From: Takakia lepidozioides
Taxonomy: Eukaryota > Plantae > Bryophyta
Direction: 5' to 3'
Assembly (NCBI GenBank): GCA_030704615.1
Contig: CM060732.1
Location: 77,562,001 to 77,626,000, forward strand
Length of the DNA stretch: 64,000 nt
A program made the position numbers and the translations under genes. This document shows, piece after piece, positions 58,601 to 64,000 of this stretch (positions within the stretch are counted from its first letter, which is position 1; every line of letters starts with the position of its first letter). Under the pieces are notes generated by a model that was not told where the DNA came from, ran no database searches, and worked only from the letters and a program-made list of their open reading frames with translations.

Positions 58601-60334
58601 GCAACAAGATCACCTTTTGCAAAGTCCAGGATGGGTCTTCAGCAAGTCGTTTCTCCTTGTACTTTCTAAACGTGTCTGGAAAAAGGGAACAACGAAGTCA
58701 GTCGCATTTATTGAAACCCTCAGAGTTCATATTTGATATCTGTGAAAATGGAAGCCATGGTCTCTTCCACTATGTTCCAGCTATTATACATCACTGATTG
58801 ATTTAACAGCAGTTACCATGCAACCAAGTGCAGATCACTGATGGATTCCCATCTCACTTCCTACTTATCTGTCTCTGTAACCAAGGCTCCACCAAGCAAC
58901 AATGAGAACTATAAAATAGAGATCCCATCTTACCTTCGCGCTTGTTATAAGCTTCTTCAGAGATAGTGTATTTTTCAACAAGGGAAGTGTCCTCTAACCA
59001 TCCTCCTGCAGAAATGGATGTTGGATCCATGTCTACTATGTGTATGCGGTACCTACACACCCAAATTCCTTGCTAATTTCATCAATGCTAAAGTTGCAGA
59101 GGTCCTCAAAGAAGGCGCATCAGGATGTTCAGTAGGATTGTGTTGGCTATAATCTTCTTTTGTTATATATAATTAAAGGGCTACTGGGAGCAGACATTTT
59201 CAGTCACATTCCTCTCTGTTGTCGTTGAAGACATGATCCATGAGTACATCCCTCCTCTCCGTTTTCGCCTCTCATACTATGCCAGCGACCTGCTCCTCAG
59301 CAAAAACTGCATGTGTTGCTTTCAGCAGCTACTCTGGATTAAATTTTCAAGGCTCATAACTCAGCTTCTTCCGAGATTCTAGTCAATCACACAGGACTCA
59401 TCCCAAGATCCATAGGAAGGGTACTAAACACGGTGAATGCCAACTTACCCATCAAGGGGGGAATAAAAACCAATAGGTCGAGAATTGTCCGCCATATCGC
59501 AGACTTTGATGTTGGCATCATCATACAGCTGCAAGCACATGGATTCCACTGCGGTGCCGCAACAACTACGCAATCTCTCCTTCACTACCTCAATCGTTGT
59601 CTGTATGGAGTCACACAACATACTGATCAATTAAAAAACTGCACGCAGTAGGACTATGTAATTTACTTACTAATCTCGTTCTCACTAATTACTGAGTAAC
59701 CTGCATCTGTATCAGATCAATCAGAGGAAGTGTGGCATCTGAGTCCACCAGGACCTAATGTGACTAATTATCAGATAATGGCATGTCTATCTTGAAAACA
59801 GGGTCTTGAGGTGTTATTGGCCCTCAAATCTGTGAAGGTCGGGTTGCCAGCCGGGTATGCTTTTTTGGCTTATCACATCCTTATGAGAGAAGGAGAGAGA
59901 TGTCGCTGGTCACATGTCAGGAAACGTCCTGTGGCATCTATTGATACCATCGTTATTTGGTGACAGAGTGGTAAGGTGCTTCAAAGTGGAAGGCAAAGGC
60001 GAATGTTGTGCGCCAGGGCTTTTACATATAGCTTCGTGGAGACGAATGTATAAGTACATTTGCTAGCCATTCTTCAAATATTTGAAATTCTGGTGCCCTA
60101 GCTGTGCCCTTCGTGTCTGCATCCCTCTCTTCCCTCTCGCATCCTCCTTCCTCCACGTTGAAAATCAGCAAGTGTAAGAGTGGAGAGGATACATACGTGA
60201 AGATCAAAGCGCAGTTCAATGAAATTTTGCTTCAGGTTGGAGTGTGACACATGCAGCAGCACGTTGTCCTCCGCCTGGTTCTGTGTCGATGGCCTGTGCA
60301 CATAGCCCCTCAGTTCCTCCAACATGGCAGACAT
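55645..60334 (-). CDS. TBCB: Tubulin-folding cofactor B (ubiquitin-like + CAP-Gly)
   Basis: Approximate exons 60197-60334, 59448-59602, 58933-59051, 58613-58676, 58431-58475, 58192-58233, 56706-56838, 56449-56518, 55645-55698. Motifs [98 protein letters not shown]. Confidence 0.95.
56992..57250. repeat. Intronic direct duplication (two copies of about 90 bp)
   Basis: gaaatgaaatggtactt..aagctcaaagagcttatggg.caagag..acaagaaaga..gaggggcc at about 56992-57079 and 57162-57250. Confidence 0.8.
57340..58020 (-). mobile_element. LINE (non-LTR retrotransposon) 3' fragment inside a TBCB intron
   Basis: Across frameshifts it reads [60 protein letters not shown], the LINE ORF2 C-terminal zinc-finger-like motif. 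Confidence 0.7.
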
Positions 60335-61956
60335 TGTGAGAGAAACAGCAGATTACACTCCCACTCCCCACCTGCACCACACGAAAAAATACCAAAGACA
60401 CGAGAGAGAGACCCCCAAACAAACGTTAGGGCTAGCGCCCAAATTGGCTCTTCTTCATAACAACGGACACTATCTCATAACTTTTGAATCATCTGTACAA
60501 CAAACTGTTTGCTTGCCACAGCTGCTCTATCTACCTACCTATCCTCATACATCCCTGTATAGCAACAACTACCATCAAACAAACGAACCCATCGTCCCTT
60601 GTCTCGAACATCGCATTACAAAAGCTTTGCATTGTTGTTTGCAACATCTCTGTACACAAACTCTGGTAATTTGAGAATACACACTACTACGGTACAACAG
60701 TTCTTTTAAGAAAAACAAGGGCTTGTCCTCAGTTGGGTTTTCTTTTGAAGTGTTGGCAGTTGGCGGGTTCCATCTCATGAATCCGGTAGCGAACGACTGT
60801 ACTGGGTTTTGCAAGATTATGATCACACTCAGCCAGCTGAAAGTCGGTTGCTTCACAGCATAAAGTTCCTTCATCAGTTTTTTGCCTCGGCTCACTTCAC
60901 AACGAGAGAGAAAGAACGACAGCGGTCGGAGTAGAGTGACTCCGAGCCACTAGCCCTTCCGCACATGGTGTATCCGCTTCGCCATTGCTGTTGATGAAGC
61001 AGCCTTCACTTGACATCAGTATATGCTCTGAAAACCAGTGGGAGTATGGAATTGTGTGAAGTTACATAACTTGGACCGATGAGAAGAGTGTTGTGGGGTT
61101 GAGTGCTTGTGACCTCGAAGGGAGATCAATTTATGTCGACACATTTTGCTTGCTGCTTGTGGAGGACAGCAGGAGTAGTTGGGATGGGAGTTCAAGAAAG
61201 GTAAATCTCAATTTCAAGAGATTGTCAAATGAATGCAACAACAAAGCCTACTAGTATGTACCTTCTATGATACGTGACAGAAAAGGAACCAACTCCAAGC
61301 AACTCCAAGCAAAGCTTCCGGGGACTTGGTAAGTTACAGTCCGATCACACCAAAAAAAACATCCCGCTCTGCTGCCAGACCACTTTTTTCCAGTAATAAA
61401 AAGGAGTTCAGAATGTTGAATCCCGTACATTAACCGAAGAAAGAGCCGAGGGTTTCCTTCATTCGAATGAAGTGCTGACGAATTAGACCGACTCAAAAGT
61501 TCCACATGGCTGTTGGCAAGTTAGCAGACTGAGGAACTGGGAGACGCAAACCCAGTAGTGAATGAGCCAGGGTTTGGGAGGGCGAAAACATACATAGAAT
61601 GGGGCAGGTTGAAATTACAGGTTACCCGTAGAGAAATGATACATGGAACGGCTCTCCTCAAACTATTATTTACTATTGACCTCAGAGCTAATTTAGTTGG
61701 GGAAACCCAGGACATAAAAAGGGCAGATGTGCACAAAAGGGCAGTTATAGTTCTATGTTGGATTCCAACCTGTGTACCTTGTCTCTTCCTTCCTGCCCTA
61801 CAACCTGCGGCCCAAGGAGGACGAAAAATTGATGGCATACATTTCATGGCTATTTTCTCTCTCTCTCTCCAGCAGGCCGAGGACGCGAGCCAGAGAACCA
61901 ATGCCAAATCAACTGTCTCAATTTCGTGAAATTTTCCCACATAGGACACTGATCTG

Positions 61957-64000
61957 TCATGCGGTCAACAATTGCGTCTTGACCTTGTCTCTACCCCGCG
62001 GAGCTGCAAAAGAAACATCCAAGCACACTCAGGCTAGAAATTATCCATATAATGGGTTTAACAAACATACCACACTGTCCAAAAGGATACACATTTTGAA
62101 GTTGGGCGCGTGAAACACCGCCAAAAGACAAACTGTGATAGGCCAACCTACTTTACTTCCAATATCTATCATCACACCACCACATAAAATGGCAACTGTC
62201 TGCAGAAGATTTGCAAGCCTCCAAAAAACCTAGGAGAGAGGTGAGAGCTTACCAGGGCAGACTGCCTCAGAGCCCTTCATGATTCGGAGCCTTTTCACAG
62301 TACTTATAAAATTCCTGCATGAGCCCAACACACCTCACTTAGCCTAAAAGTCCCAGGCCAGCAGCACAAGTGAGGAGCCCCCGCAGAGAGGAAAGCTCCC
62401 AAGAATGCAACAGACAATCACTTCAAACTTGAAACTTGAAACTTGAAACTTAAAGTGATTCATACACATCTCAATGTGCCATGACAACAGTAAAACCAAA
62501 AGGGATTCACATTTGCATGTGACTTAAAAGGGGAAGGGATGAGGATAAGACACTTACTGCCAAGGGACATCGCCCACAAGCATGAGGTCCCCATCCTGGT
62601 CCTCAAAGGTGAGCACAAAGTCGGACCCCTGCAGGAAGTTGACTTTCCGGTTGTTGCTGGACAAGGTGCTGCCATTCTCTCCAACGCTTGAGCTCTGTGA
62701 GCCAGCAAGCTGGCCTGCATCAACAAATCAAAAGATTCTATCAGGTCAAAGCCCAGGTCCTCTTATTATCCAGTGGACATCATCACTCACAGGAACTGTT
62801 GTGAATTTGAATCAGAACGAAGAGGCATGACCAGTTGAGATGAATGCTTTAGATGCACAATGTCCCTGGTGACAGAATGAAGCAGATTTCACCTAATATG
62901 CAAGTGTCAAGGCATATATATCTGCACACAAAAGGAAAATGAGAGACCAGGGCCCGGAACAAACCATTGATGGGGGGTTGAAACATGTCTTCTAGTGCCC
63001 CAGACAACTTATCATAGCTGCAGTTTTTCTTCAAGTCCACCTTCCGGCCAATAGTGATCCCATCCATGTAGACCTTCACCAACCAGGAGTTTGGTGGTTG
63101 TGAGGATGGGGTACCTCCGTTGGCAGGGACTGTAGGAGCTGAAGGGGTAACAACTGCCGGTGGTGGGGCAGGCCTTGGTTGCGTTTCCTGAGGTGCAGGC
63201 CTTGGTGGCTGCCCTGCAATTGTGTTCTTGCGGAAAGGTCGAATAGGTGGCCAACCAACTACTTGCTGAGGCCTGCACAGGCCAGAAGGGAAGAAATGAG
63301 AGGACTACACATGCACAAGCAATCCAAGACCTTTACTAGAGTAGAATCAGAGGATGGAGCGGTACCAGCTTGTACCACACAACCAACCTACCAAACTTCA
63401 TTTAATTAGTTTCCACACAGCAGAGAATGAATCATACCACAAGGACCAAGTCTAGTTGCCTCCAGCACAAGATCAACAAATCTGAACAACTATTTACCTT
63501 GGAGCTGAGGCAGGTGTGGCTTCGTTAACCACAGCCGGCCGAGCCTCAGTGGAACCATGATGGTTAGACTCAGAAGGTGTCTCATGATGGGACACATCCG
63601 CACCCACCTCTCCTGCCTTGTTTGCCAGCTGGCCACGGGGGTTCCGTTGTGAGGGGAAAGGACCGCGTGCGTGCTCCAAACCAATCTGCTGCCAGGATGG
63701 TGGCTTTGGCCCCCAGGGATGCATGGCAGCCGGAGGTGTCCCTGGCTGATGCTTCACTTGTTGAGATGTCACTGGTACAGGCGCAGCCTCATCCCCCATG
63801 TTCCCGGACAGCTCTTCTCGAGAAGCCCCAGACATCCCTACCATGCCAAACCCATTTACACCGTCATTGAAACTACCAGTTCTGGACTCAGGTGCAGGAC
63901 TACCAATAGCCTCTGAGAAGCCTCGCTTAGCCCCCGCCACTCCTCCATATTTGGGAAAAACCATCCGAGATATTGGGTATGAACCATGCCTCCCCCCTGG
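61957..64000 (-). CDS. Aux/IAA auxin-responsive transcriptional repressor, partial (5' end beyond window)
   Basis: Approximate exons 63497->64000, 62964-63271, 62559-62715, 62253-62313, 61957-62003. AKRGFSEA, degron VVGWPPIRPFRKNT, PB1 domain VKVYMDGITIGRKVDL..YDKL..ALEDMF..FVLTFEDQDGDLMLVGDVPW.EFISTVKRLRIMKGSEA. Confidence 0.95.

Noticed and set aside
61521-62113. ORFs of 113-142 aa on both strands
   Set aside because: They overlap the probable Aux/IAA last exon and 3' UTR, with no recognisable domain.

Overview
Eukaryotic nuclear DNA from a non-seed land plant, most likely a bryophyte. This is an inference from intron-rich plant genes, PLS-type PPR debris, telo-boxes and a Replitron-like remnant. 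Recognisable genes are INO80 (- strand, partial, with lesions in its 3' exons), a CCDC97-like gene, tRNA-Glu(CUC), cryptochrome-DASH, a short FRG1-like protein, tubulin-folding cofactor B and the 3' part of an Aux/IAA gene. An F-box gene, a nodulin-like MFS transporter and an ASR (ABA/WDS) gene each carry frameshifts, stops or deletions. The middle of the window (about 19-37 kb) is mostly gene fragments and transposon relics: LRR and LON-domain fragments, a hAT-type non-autonomous element with an 8-bp TSD, a truncated LTR retrotransposon (LTR, PBS, gag), and PPR pseudogene pieces. The most notable items are (1) a scrambled HUH-endonuclease (Replitron-like) transposase at about 34.7-36.6 kb, split over both strands, (2) a 1.4-kb inverted duplication of INO80 exons and introns just upstream of INO80, and (3) an inverted duplication of the retrotransposon gag forming a compact fold-back. 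All calls come from reading and translating by eye; no database searches were run.
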